From: Candidatus Shapirobacteria bacterium
Lineage (GTDB): Bacteria; Patescibacteriota; Microgenomatia; UBA12405
Reading direction: 5' to 3'
NCBI GenBank assembly: GCA_041658955.1
Contig: JBAZZE010000002.1
Coordinates: forward strand, 12,505 to 76,504
DNA length: 64,000 nucleotides
Position 1 is the stretch's first letter. Every line of letters begins with the position of its first letter. Under the pieces are notes generated by a model. The model saw only the letters and a program-made list of their open reading frames with translations, was not told the origin of the DNA and made no database searches. A program made the translations under genes and the position numbers. Shown here one piece after another: positions 38,789 through 48,292 of the stretch.

Positions 38789-39963
38789 TAGATATTTTCA
38801 AATCGAGTTTTCCAATTCCAGTTCTCAATTGTTAGGGCGCGGGCGTCAATCGAGTGTATTTTATAAAACTCCTTGTCAGTTAAAAGTTTGACGACTGCAT
38901 CGGCAAATTTATCAACATTTGGAAGCGGTACTTTTACCATCCCTTTTGGATAATAAGTTTTGAGTGCCGGAAGGTCAAATGATACTCCGGGAAGTCCCCA
39001 AGCCATAGCTTCGGCGGCGGCCATCCCCCCACTATCATAGGTAGCTGGATGAAGAACTATTTTACTATTTTTAATGAGAGCAAATTTTTTTGGGCCTACT
39101 AAAAAGCCAATTACTTTTATATTTTTAGTTAGATTTAATTCTTTGATCCGAGAAGTCATTCGACTCATCAGTTCACCATCACCAACTATAACCAGTTGTG
39201 CTTTGGGAAGTTTTTTAGTTACTCGTGACCAGATTTCGATCATTTCCATAACTCCTTTTTGATTGTGGAGGCGGCCTAGAAAAAAGGCATCGTAATGACG
39301 TTTTGCTATTGGTTTTAATGAAGAAATGATTTTCGAAGAAGGTATGGTGACTCCGCCTTGAACGATTATAATTTTGTTTTTTGGTAAACGATTGTTTTCG
39401 AAAATTTGGATATCAGGAAAGGACGTAACAAACACAAAATCTGCCAAAAGACGGGCAAGTAATACAGTCGGTCTTTGGGCTAAATAATAGATAAGACCAC
39501 GAATCGGGTGGTGGTTAGTTAGATAGGGTGATGTCGGGTCTGTGGGAAAAGGGGCCAGAAGATAGTAACCACATAGCCATTTTATTTGGGGATTAAATAT
39601 TTTGGCAAAAACACCAAATGTCAAATCACCATAAAAGTCGGAAGAAGTGTAAATATACTGGTATTGTTTAAAAAGTTGCCAATGAGTAAGGCTAAAGATT
39701 TTGGCGGTAATAAACCGGAGAGTATGGTGAATGGTTAGATGAAAAGTAGAAAGGTGGGTGACAGTAGGTAGTGAAGTAGTGGTAATAATTTTGAGATTGA
39801 GTTGGTTGCGAAGAATAAGTCGTTTGGCTTCGGGGGATGCGAGAGCGGTGATGTCAAAGTGTGGTTGCCAATATTTGATGAGGTTTAGAAAAATTCGGTC
39901 TCCCCCGCTGAGGCTAGTACCAAGGTTGGCGTGGCAAACAACGAGTAGTTTTGGCTTGAGCAT
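38767..39963 (-). CDS. GT4 glycosyltransferase
   Basis: SGGDR, FLGRLHNQKG, DSGGMAAAEAMAWGLP. Confidence 0.9.
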   Translation of the reverse strand: MLKPKLLVVCHANLGTSLSGGDRIFLNLIKYWQPHFDITALASPEAKRLILRNQLNLKIITTTSLPTVTHLSTFHLTIHHTLRFITAKIFSLTHWQLFKQYQYIYTSSDFYGDLTFGVFAKIFNPQIKWLCGYYLLAPFPTDPTSPYLTNHHPIRGLIYYLAQRPTVLLARLLADFVFVTSFPDIQIFENNRLPKNKIIIVQGGVTIPSSKIISSLKPIAKRHYDAFFLGRLHNQKGVMEMIEIWSRVTKKLPKAQLVIVGDGELMSRMTSRIKELNLTKNIKVIGFLVGPKKFALIKNSKIVLHPATYDSGGMAAAEAMAWGLPGVSFDLPALKTYYPKGMVKVPLPNVDKFADAVVKLLTDKEFYKIHSIDARALTIENWNWKTRFENIYQAVIAR

Positions 39964-39982
39964 ACTCTGATATTATATAGTG
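39964..39982. promoter_or_regulatory. minimal bidirectional promoter
   Basis: TGaTATTAT (+, 39968-39976) 6 nt before ATG 39983; TAATAT (-, 39975-39970) 6 nt before ATG 39963. Confidence 0.6.
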
Positions 39983-40606
39983 ATGAAAGAGGAAGTGAGA
40001 ATTAACTTAGGTTCGGGTCCGGATGGGATAAAAGGCTGGATTAATTACGACTGGGGATTGTTGCCACTTTTTGGGAAGTTTCCATTATTTAGAAAGGTAT
40101 TAGTAACTTTAGGGATATTGGATAAGAGTTACGAAAGAAAGTGGGAGGGAGTGATTCTACATGATTTACGCAAGGGAATACCGATGGCCGATAATAGTGT
40201 GGACTGGGTTTATAGTTCTAATTTTTTAGAGCATTTGGAAAAATATGAAACTGAAAAGTTATTATCTGAGTGCCTTCGGGTACTAAAAGTAAATGGAAAA
40301 ATTAGAATAGTCGTGCCTGATATTGGCAAGGTAATGGAGAAATATAAAAATACTGGGGATGCTGATGTATTTTGTCGGGAATTTTATGGATATGATAAAG
40401 ACAAAATGTTTGGAGTAAGTAAATCAGCTGTCAGAGGTCACCAATGGATGTACGACTATCAGAGTTTAAGTAATCTTTTAAATAAGGTTGGTTTTGTAAA
40501 GATAACTAAATCGACTTTTCGCAAGAGTACGATGAGAGATATTGAATTACTCGATCTTTCGATTCATCAAGAGCTGGGACTGTATATTGAAGCGGAAAAG
40601 AATTAG
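39983..40606 (+). CDS. class I SAM methyltransferase (type 11-like)
   Basis: INLGSG...GWINYD, DLRKGIP..DNSVD, LEHL, RVLK.NG.IRIVVPD. Confidence 0.88.
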   Translation: MKEEVRINLGSGPDGIKGWINYDWGLLPLFGKFPLFRKVLVTLGILDKSYERKWEGVILHDLRKGIPMADNSVDWVYSSNFLEHLEKYETEKLLSECLRVLKVNGKIRIVVPDIGKVMEKYKNTGDADVFCREFYGYDKDKMFGVSKSAVRGHQWMYDYQSLSNLLNKVGFVKITKSTFRKSTMRDIELLDLSIHQELGLYIEAEKN

Positions 40607-41721
40607 TAGTGCTTAGCAATAAAAAGAATATTGTCAGAAGAATAATGTTTTTTGGCGTAAGATAGACAATTGCTTTTTAGTTTTTTCAAAATGGATGGAT
40701 TTTTATAAAGCTTTTTAATGGCGTTCTCTAGGTTTTCAGATGTAGGGGGTACGATTAGAGCGATAGTTTTGTCGACTGCTTCGGTGGTACCACCGAGGTT
40801 TGAACAGATAACTGGAGTACCACAAGCGACTGATTCGGCCAAGACTCTTCCCCAGCCTTCTTGATAGATAGAGGGTAGGCAGAAAATAGTCGATTGTTGA
40901 TAATATTGAGGTAATGACCGATATGGGACATCACCAATTAATTTGATGTTGGAGTGTTTCAGAGATAGTTGACGAAGGCTGTTATATTGAGGTCCGGTAC
41001 CAATAAAATTAAAAGTAATTTTAGGAAATTTTGGTGCTAATAATGCAAGAGTTAGAGCATTTTTAGGTGGTATTAATCTACCAATAAATAAAACTGAAAA
41101 ATTGGATGAAGTTTTTTTAGTTGGTTTAAAGCGATACAGATCAATCCAATGGTAATAACGAAAAATATTTTTTTTGAAAACACCAAGAGATGTTAGTTGT
41201 TTTACTGATTGGTTTGATTGGGTTAGGACACAATCAGTACTATTTAAAATATTTACCAAAAGATTAGTGGAAAAAGAGTTAAGTGGGACGTTATCGTAAG
41301 TCGAATAAATAGATGTGATGTGCCGTTTTATATTGAATACTTTTTTAAGTATGTTGCCAATCAGGGCAGAATTTAGTCCATGAGAATGGATAGTGTCGAT
41401 GTGGGGTCGATTGACTAATAGCCAGACGAAAGAACGTAATAACAAATATGGGGTAATATAAAGAAAGTTGACTAGAGGGTATTTTTCTAAAATATGAAAG
41501 AGGTTGTGACCTGGTAAATAAAAACGACGAATATATAGATGATCGGTAACTTCAATTTTGTTATAGCTGGTCTTGGTAGAAAGTGGAGAATAGGTAAGAA
41601 CAACTTGGTTATAATTACGTTTCTCGAGTTCGGAAGTTAGGTCTTCAAGATGGGTTTCGGCCCCACCAATGTTTGGTCTGAAGAAGGGAGTGATGTGAAG
41701 GATTGTTTTTATTGGTGCCAT
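40603..41721 (-). CDS. GT4 glycosyltransferase
   Basis: PNIGGAETH, FIGRL..PK, EGWGRVLAESVACGTPVI. Confidence 0.9.
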   Translation of the reverse strand: MAPIKTILHITPFFRPNIGGAETHLEDLTSELEKRNYNQVVLTYSPLSTKTSYNKIEVTDHLYIRRFYLPGHNLFHILEKYPLVNFLYITPYLLLRSFVWLLVNRPHIDTIHSHGLNSALIGNILKKVFNIKRHITSIYSTYDNVPLNSFSTNLLVNILNSTDCVLTQSNQSVKQLTSLGVFKKNIFRYYHWIDLYRFKPTKKTSSNFSVLFIGRLIPPKNALTLALLAPKFPKITFNFIGTGPQYNSLRQLSLKHSNIKLIGDVPYRSLPQYYQQSTIFCLPSIYQEGWGRVLAESVACGTPVICSNLGGTTEAVDKTIALIVPPTSENLENAIKKLYKNPSILKKLKSNCLSYAKKHYSSDNILFIAKHY

Positions 41722-42740
41722 TGTTTTCGGTCTAGTGGTTTTAATAGGCCTAGTTTAAATTTGATGGTTTGGGTGCCGTAATTATAAAGGGTTATTAGAC
41801 AAGCTAAGGGATGAAAAAACCATGCTGGATCAGGTTTTTTGATAAAACCTCGGAAGGTGTCATAAATCATCGGAAAAATAGTAACTACATAAAGACAGAA
41901 ACGGATGGTCGGCATTAAGTTGTTTTGAGTTAGAGGGTAAGTCCGGTCGTGTCTATAAGTATAGAGGTCGACAGCCCGACGTAATTGTTTACGATTGAAT
42001 TTGGAAATGGAAGATTCACAATAGGTGTGGATAATACCAACTTTGACTTTGGCGAATTTTAGAGTTTTCTTCTTAGTAAGAATGGTTGATAAAAAGTCGA
42101 TGTCAAAAAAGTAGTCTCCAGACAAATATTTCTTGGCGATAGACGAGCGATAGATGGTGCCGTTGGCGCCGATAGTTGGAAGTGGAGATGTACTGTTAAA
42201 ACGAATAAGTTGGTAATATTGGTGGTCAACAATATTTAGATTTAACCCGGTCCAAGTGTTACTGAGTAGACTTTGCCGATCATAATTTTTGGCAATCAGA
42301 GTGTAAGGATCATTGACTCCAGTTAAGGCGCTATAGCGTTCGATAAACCCACCTTTGGGTCTGTAAGTGTAACTCCATGGTTCAGCGCCAATTGTGTTTG
42401 GTGATGAGATAAGCGGGATAAGCATTTTAGATAACCAATCGGTATCTGGGAGGATGTTGTCTGAATCGACTAGGGCAACAAAATCAGTAGTAGCTTTTTT
42501 GATACCAAAGGCTTTGGCTGACTCTCCTGTTTTAAGTGGATTGTGAATCACTTGAGTACGATAAATATTGGTTATTTTAAGGGTTGAATCAGTCGAGCCC
42601 CCATCGACAATGAGAATGGTTATTTTATTTTGGGGATATTTTTGATCAACAATTGACTGCAGACAATCTATTAGAACAGACCCAGAATTTAAGGTGGGAA
42701 TAATAAAAGTTACTGATGGAAATTTAGAGGATACCGCCAT
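41709..42740 (-). CDS. GT2 glycosyltransferase with C-terminal membrane segment
   Basis: FIIPTLNS, VDGGSTD, VDSDN, GANG, FDID. Confidence 0.9.
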   Translation of the reverse strand: MAVSSKFPSVTFIIPTLNSGSVLIDCLQSIVDQKYPQNKITILIVDGGSTDSTLKITNIYRTQVIHNPLKTGESAKAFGIKKATTDFVALVDSDNILPDTDWLSKMLIPLISSPNTIGAEPWSYTYRPKGGFIERYSALTGVNDPYTLIAKNYDRQSLLSNTWTGLNLNIVDHQYYQLIRFNSTSPLPTIGANGTIYRSSIAKKYLSGDYFFDIDFLSTILTKKKTLKFAKVKVGIIHTYCESSISKFNRKQLRRAVDLYTYRHDRTYPLTQNNLMPTIRFCLYVVTIFPMIYDTFRGFIKKPDPAWFFHPLACLITLYNYGTQTIKFKLGLLKPLDRKQWHQ

Positions 42741-44259
42741 AACGATGGATGAGTGAAAAAATCCAATAATCTAGTGGATAGTCAAAGAACTTTAGTCGCC
42801 AACGAATGGTAACTAAAAGTAGAGCAATATAATAACCAGTGGTAAAGGCAACTTTTGCCAGTGGATTTTTTAGGCGAGGATACAACATGGTATAGGTATC
42901 TCGGTCCATAATTCCAAAAATATATTGAGTTAACATGGCAGTTAATCGAGCATCATGCGAACTAATCCACTGTTGGCGAATCGTCTCCTTGAAAGCGTTT
43001 TCGGGTGACATAAGATAATTGGTCCACTGCTCAAAACTAGTAGGTGCTTTTAGTCCTAGACTCACTGCACGGTTGTATAATGATGCCCCAGGGTATGGTA
43101 AAAATACGTAGTAAGTATAACGGTTACGATTGCTAATTTTTAATAATCTATCGATAAGACTTAGTGTAGACCGGTATTCGGTAGCTACAAATTCGTCATT
43201 TTCTTGGGGATTTTTGGACCATGGTAGGCCGACTAAAAATGAATAGAGAATTTTAATATTATGTTGGTGACAGAGCTGAGTGAATTTGACTATTTCGTCG
43301 ACATTCATGTCTTTACTGATAAAGTCGAGTGATTTTTGATCACCTGATTCGGCTCCGGTGAGGATCATAGTGCAACCAGCTTTTTCCATGAGATCCCAGG
43401 TTTCTGGTTTATAGCGACTAAGCTGCCCAGCTCGACCGTTGGCATTGCCAAATTTGATGGGAAGTTTTCTCTCGATTAATCCCTGACAGATTTTTTGGAC
43501 TCGGTTTTCATCAACAAAAAAATTGCTATCATAAACAGCAATTGAGTCGGCACCATAAGTTCTATATAAGTTTTCCCATTCGTCCAAGACTTTTTCAGCG
43601 GGAACGGCTTTCCAGCTGCGTTTGTTGACAATCTCTTCAACACAAAAGGCACAACGATGAGGACAGCCGTAACTACTAATATAAGGTGCCGTTCGAAGTC
43701 CATATTCAGTGGGGATGGTACAGTTGCTGACATCGATGAGGTGATAGGGAAGGGGTGGAACAGCTGCCAGGTCGACAGGTCCCCTGTCTGGTGTTTCAAT
43801 AATCTTCTTTCTTTTTTTATAGACCAAACCTTTGACACTCTGAAGATCAGTTTTGTTTTCCAGAGCGTGGACTAACTCGGTAAAGGTGATGTCACCTTGA
43901 CCTTTGACTACAATATCGACATGGGGATCTTTGACAGTTTCGTGAGGAAGAATTGAAGGGTGCCAACCACCCCAGACTATGGGAACTTTGGGATATTTTT
44001 TCTTAAATTTTTTGGCTAATTTTAAACCATCATATATTTGGTGGCCAGTCATGGCACTAATACCAAGACAAATAGCATCTTTACCAGAGGACAATAATTC
44101 TCGTTCGTAATTTTTTTGAAGGTAACGAGTGTATATTTTGATGTCGTAATTTTCTTGATCAAGATAGCGGGAGATGGCTAGTAGGGCTAAAGGCACTCCA
44201 TGCCAGTTTCTTTCATAAGGTAGTGGGGAGGGAAAGAAGAGAAGAATTTTTTTGGACAT
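42724..44259 (-). CDS. B12-binding-domain radical SAM protein
   Basis: PLALLAI, WGGWHPS, GQGD, SYGCPHRCAFC, DSNFF, GAESG, PYPGA. Confidence 0.92.
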   Translation of the reverse strand: MSKKILLFFPSPLPYERNWHGVPLALLAISRYLDQENYDIKIYTRYLQKNYERELLSSGKDAICLGISAMTGHQIYDGLKLAKKFKKKYPKVPIVWGGWHPSILPHETVKDPHVDIVVKGQGDITFTELVHALENKTDLQSVKGLVYKKRKKIIETPDRGPVDLAAVPPLPYHLIDVSNCTIPTEYGLRTAPYISSYGCPHRCAFCVEEIVNKRSWKAVPAEKVLDEWENLYRTYGADSIAVYDSNFFVDENRVQKICQGLIERKLPIKFGNANGRAGQLSRYKPETWDLMEKAGCTMILTGAESGDQKSLDFISKDMNVDEIVKFTQLCHQHNIKILYSFLVGLPWSKNPQENDEFVATEYRSTLSLIDRLLKISNRNRYTYYVFLPYPGASLYNRAVSLGLKAPTSFEQWTNYLMSPENAFKETIRQQWISSHDARLTAMLTQYIFGIMDRDTYTMLYPRLKNPLAKVAFTTGYYIALLLVTIRWRLKFFDYPLDYWIFSLIHRYGGIL

Positions 44260-44983
44260 AAAGGCTATTGATTGGTGTCTTTTGAACCAACTTATAGCCT
44301 AATTTTAACAGATATTGATGGAGTGAGAGACTGGACTGCGTTTCGACACAAATTACCTTGGGATGATACTTATTCCAATTGTTACTTTTGAGAACTGTTA
44401 GGTCATGACCTTCGGTATCTATACTAAGTAGGTCAAAATTATCGCTATTTGATAAATGTTTATCAAGGACAGCCGATAAAGACGAAACTTTTATATTGGG
44501 GGTACTAACTAAAATAGAATTATTTTTTAAGTTATGTTGATATTGTTTTTCCGAAAAGGTGGAATTAACATCAGGAAACATTTGATAAAATTTTAGAAGT
44601 CCGGAACTGTCAGATATGCCAATGTTAAGGTTGATATCACGATCTCTTTTTTGTTTATAAAGCGAGAGGAGTTGGGGGTTTGGTTCGATATTTATACCCT
44701 GACTCCCGTGTAGATAGAAAAAGTAGGTGTTGTTAAATTTTTGAGGATGATTGGCACCGATATCAACGTAGAATATTTTTTTAGAATTTAAAAGTTTTTT
44801 GATAATCAGATCCTCATTGTATTGAGAGTAGGATTTTTGGAGAAATTCATAAAATATTTTGCGATAAAGGAACTGGAGTGTAAGTTTGATTGTCCAATAA
44901 AATCCGTAGATACGGAATTTAGTTAGTAGCTGCCTTACTAACGAGAGGGAAGTCTCGGAGTTTTTTGAGGTATTTAATGGCAT
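44213..44983 (-). CDS. FkbM family methyltransferase
   Basis: SYSQYNED, YVDIGANHP...NNT, GINIEPN, DLLSIDTEGHD; start position uncertain. Confidence 0.9.
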   Translation of the reverse strand: MPLNTSKNSETSLSLVRQLLTKFRIYGFYWTIKLTLQFLYRKIFYEFLQKSYSQYNEDLIIKKLLNSKKIFYVDIGANHPQKFNNTYFFYLHGSQGINIEPNPQLLSLYKQKRDRDINLNIGISDSSGLLKFYQMFPDVNSTFSEKQYQHNLKNNSILVSTPNIKVSSLSAVLDKHLSNSDNFDLLSIDTEGHDLTVLKSNNWNKYHPKVICVETQSSLSLHQYLLKLGYKLVQKTPINSLYVQKNSSLLSLPTTL

Positions 44984-46484
44984 AGGTAAATAGATGCTTG
45001 ATATCGTCTAAAGAGCGGATAGACAAGACTTTACGAATTAGAAAACGAGGAGTGAGAATGCCATGGAAGAGACTCTGGACGAGTTCTAACTGTTCATTGT
45101 CGGATAGAGGTGACTTCATTATGGGATGGCGCATGTCGTATTCATTCCAGTCCTCAGTTTTTAACCAATTGTTGTCTTGGCATTGCTTGAATAATGGGGT
45201 ACCAGGATAAGGGACTACAATAGTTGCTTGCATACTGTCGGCTAGACCATCACGGAAAAGACTACGAGCCTCTTCAAGGGTATTAAGGGCATCTTGGCGA
45301 GTTTCCCAAGGGTAGCCGATCATAATGGTCAAATGTGGTTCTAAACCGGCTTTTTTGGCCATGATCAGTGTTTTGCGTGAGTCTTCTACTTTGGTGTTTT
45401 TGACAATCATGTCGAGGGTTTTTTGGTTACTTGATTCAAGTCCATAAAGAATAAACCTAAAACCAGCTTTGCCCATGAGGTCATATTGTTCTTGGTTGAG
45501 GGCCCCAAAGCGCATATTACAGCCCATGACAACTTTTTTGTGAAGTCCCCTCTTGATCATCTCGTTACAAAAGTCGCGCAGCCAAGGCCCGATAGGTAAC
45601 GTCCCGGCATCGTCAAAAATTTCTCGAATACCAAGTGAGGCCATATATTCGATTTCATCAACCGTGTGTTTGACTGAAAAATTACGAAAATTATTGCCTG
45701 GGAAAATACTAATCCAAGAACAAAAAGTACATTTACCCCACCAACAATCTCGTCCAGTCATCAAATAAGCGCCGGGGTGGTATTTGAAATTGGTATTGTC
45801 ATTGCCGTAGAGTTTCCAATTGGTGAGCTCTCGGTTGATGGGAGGAAGAGTGTCTAGATTGTGATGTTTTAGGGCAAATTTGCCAGTATTAACTATTACC
45901 CGTTTGGATTTGGCAGAGGTTTTAAGATTGCCACGTCGCTTCGCTCCTCGCAATGACGTGGGTTCTTCCTTTGACCAAAAAAAGAATCCTGGCTCGAGTT
46001 TTGTACCATTTACTAAATGTTCGACTAAATTCATCGTCATAAAATCGTAGTCGCCACCGGTAATGACATAATCTACTGGCGAATTTTTGAGTGATTCTTC
46101 GGGCATTGCGGTGACATGGTCACCGAATAGAACAACTTTTAGATTCCACTTATTGTCCTTAGAAGCGGCTGATTTTAAGTCTTTGATAATAGCCCAGTGT
46201 CGTTTGATGGTGGGAGTCTTGGATTCGATGGCCACAAGTGATGGCCGCCATTTTTTAATTCGAGCCAACCACTTTTGATAAGATATTTTTTCAGCAATAG
46301 CGTCATCCCAATAGACTTTGTATCCCAGATTGTGAAGTGCAGAGGCACCATAAGCCGGAATAACTGGCAAAATTACATTGCCGGTGTTGGTCCACTGAAA
46401 TTGGCGGTTTTGAGCTAGAAAGGGAATACCTTTGTCGGTTTCCAATGGTGGGTAAGAAATGGCAATTGAAAAGCTCTTTTTCAT
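44919..46484 (-). CDS. B12-binding-domain radical SAM protein (CX4CX2C) with in-frame palindromic repeat
   Basis: QNRQFQW, FGDHVT, GRDCWWGKCTFC, FDD, GLES, PYPGT. Confidence 0.9.
   Translation of the reverse strand: MKKSFSIAISYPPLETDKGIPFLAQNRQFQWTNTGNVILPVIPAYGASALHNLGYKVYWDDAIAEKISYQKWLARIKKWRPSLVAIESKTPTIKRHWAIIKDLKSAASKDNKWNLKVVLFGDHVTAMPEESLKNSPVDYVITGGDYDFMTMNLVEHLVNGTKLEPGFFFWSKEEPTSLRGAKRRGNLKTSAKSKRVIVNTGKFALKHHNLDTLPPINRELTNWKLYGNDNTNFKYHPGAYLMTGRDCWWGKCTFCSWISIFPGNNFRNFSVKHTVDEIEYMASLGIREIFDDAGTLPIGPWLRDFCNEMIKRGLHKKVVMGCNMRFGALNQEQYDLMGKAGFRFILYGLESSNQKTLDMIVKNTKVEDSRKTLIMAKKAGLEPHLTIMIGYPWETRQDALNTLEEARSLFRDGLADSMQATIVVPYPGTPLFKQCQDNNWLKTEDWNEYDMRHPIMKSPLSDNEQLELVQSLFHGILTPRFLIRKVLSIRSLDDIKHLFTYAIKYLKKLRDFPLVSKAATN
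45912..45961 (-). repeat. short palindromic repeat, copy 3, intragenic (simplest form)
   Basis: Coding strand CCACGTCATTGCGAGGAGCGAAGCGACGTGGCAATCTTAAAACCTCTGCC = TSLRGAKRRGNLKTSA. Confidence 0.88.
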
Positions 46485-46490
46485 AAACTA

Positions 46491-46496
46491 ATACTA
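46491..46496 (-). promoter_or_regulatory. internal -10 element TAGTAT
   Basis: 6 nt before ATG 46484 in a 31-bp gap, the largest co-directional gap on this strand. Confidence 0.45.
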
Positions 46497-46515
46497 TATT
46501 GGTAGGAGTATATTA

Positions 46516-47487
46516 TCAACCTCCAAGATAGCGATCTTTACTTAACCGGTGAGGTTTAAATGATAATTCTGAGGTAAAGAATCCCCAGATAAATAATAAA
46601 CCATAATAGATATGAGTGAGCGGGATAGTAACTGAGGCTAGAAGTGATGTTAATAATTTATTTTTATTAAAAATAAATATAAGAAAGGTTAAAATTAACA
46701 ATCCTAAATAAACAAAAAGTGGAATAATGTAGAAAGGAACTTTAGAGAAAAGTAAGGGAATTGTGAGGCAATAGATGACAAAAAGACTGGGAATTAGGTA
46801 ACCGATTCGAAAACTAGTTTCAGGGTAAATACGAGCGAAGTTGCCACGATGAAGGGCATATCGCGTGATTTGTTGAAGATGAGGAATGATGACTGATCTT
46901 CGATGGTGAAATACCTTAATAGAAGGGTGATAAAAAATTATTTTATTAAGTTTTTTAGTTAGGTCAAGGCAAAGGATAGTGTCTTCTCCTGGCCAATGAT
47001 GAGTGTTAAAACCCTTTACTAAGTTAAAGTCGGTTTTCTTGACTATTAAATTGACTGAAGGGAAGTCATCGACAATTCTTGAGTTTGAAATAGTGTTACG
47101 ATAAACGCCAGCTCCTCCACTGCCCATGAGTGATGACCAGACTAATCCAGAAGCTTGTTGATATAGGTTGTCTGATGGTGGAGTTAGACAAGGACCACAA
47201 AAAGCAGCAAAAGTTGGGTGTTTAATAATTTGACGATAAATATTTTTTAACCAATTTTTATCAGGATAGGAGTCATCGTCAATGAAAGCCAAGTAATCCC
47301 CTTTTGATTTTTTGGCACCCAGATTTCGCTTGACTGCTGGAGAGAAAACGCCAGACATCTTATCGTCAACTATTATTAGTTCAAAGTTCTTAAAAGTCTG
47401 GTGTTTGAGCGCGGCTATTGTTTCCCGAAGGTAAGGGGTAATAGTCCGAACCGGGATTATGATTGAAAAGTAGGGAGTCTTATTCAT
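46516..47487 (-). CDS. GT2 glycosyltransferase with C-terminal TMs
   Basis: FSIIIP, PAVKRN.GA, AFIDDD, WPGEDT, HHRR. Confidence 0.9.
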   Translation of the reverse strand: MNKTPYFSIIIPVRTITPYLRETIAALKHQTFKNFELIIVDDKMSGVFSPAVKRNLGAKKSKGDYLAFIDDDSYPDKNWLKNIYRQIIKHPTFAAFCGPCLTPPSDNLYQQASGLVWSSLMGSGGAGVYRNTISNSRIVDDFPSVNLIVKKTDFNLVKGFNTHHWPGEDTILCLDLTKKLNKIIFYHPSIKVFHHRRSVIIPHLQQITRYALHRGNFARIYPETSFRIGYLIPSLFVIYCLTIPLLFSKVPFYIIPLFVYLGLLILTFLIFIFNKNKLLTSLLASVTIPLTHIYYGLLFIWGFFTSELSFKPHRLSKDRYLGG

Positions 47488-48292
47488 ATTCTCCGGTGTT
47501 AATTCTCATTTCCAAATCTTTGTCGTAAACCCATTTGCGGCGATTTTTATCATCGTAATAATGAATAATATAAAGCCGGTAAAATACCGCTAAAGAATCT
47601 TTTAGACATAACAAAACAACTTTCATAAATGAGCTATCAAGATGGGTTCCGGAAAAATCATAGTTAAGTTTGATGGGAGCTTCATAAATTCTGGTGAAAC
47701 CAAGATGTTTGGAAACAGCCAAGACTTCGAGATCAAAGGCAAATGTTTTGATAAGTAAACGAGGGAGGATTTTATTGAGAACTTGTTGCTTAAATATTTT
47801 GATACCAGCTTGGGTGTCATGAAGATTTATCCGGAGTAAAAAAAGTGAAATTAGGTGAGCACCAAAACTAATAATGCGACGATGAAGAGGGTAGGATATT
47901 TGCGAGGCAGGATGAAATTTGCTTCCCACCACAATATCGGCTTCATACCATTCCATGTGTTCCAGAAGCATGGAAATACCGTTGGGGTCGATTTCCATTC
48001 CTGAATCTATAAAAGCCACATAGTCGCCTTGGGTGTGGGCGGCCCCATAACGGATGGCATAACCTTTACCATGATTTTGATTGTAGCCAATTACTTTTAA
48101 GTTGGGGTGATGAATGGTACTGGCAATCTTAAAAGAGTTGTCGACACTTTTTCCATCAATTACAGCAATAAGTTCGAATGGATAACGAATTTGTTCGAGT
48201 GTCTTGAGGATGGTGTTCAGGTCTTTTTTGATAGTAGATTCCTGACGATAAACCGGGACAATTACTGACAAAAAATGTAATTGACTTTTCAT
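47480..48292 (-). CDS. GT2, polyprenyl-phosphate sugar synthase-like (DPG synthase-like)
   Basis: NHGKGYAIRYG, FIDSG, DTQAGIK, FAFDLEVL. Confidence 0.88.
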   Translation of the reverse strand: MKSQLHFLSVIVPVYRQESTIKKDLNTILKTLEQIRYPFELIAVIDGKSVDNSFKIASTIHHPNLKVIGYNQNHGKGYAIRYGAAHTQGDYVAFIDSGMEIDPNGISMLLEHMEWYEADIVVGSKFHPASQISYPLHRRIISFGAHLISLFLLRINLHDTQAGIKIFKQQVLNKILPRLLIKTFAFDLEVLAVSKHLGFTRIYEAPIKLNYDFSGTHLDSSFMKVVLLCLKDSLAVFYRLYIIHYYDDKNRRKWVYDKDLEMRINTGEYE

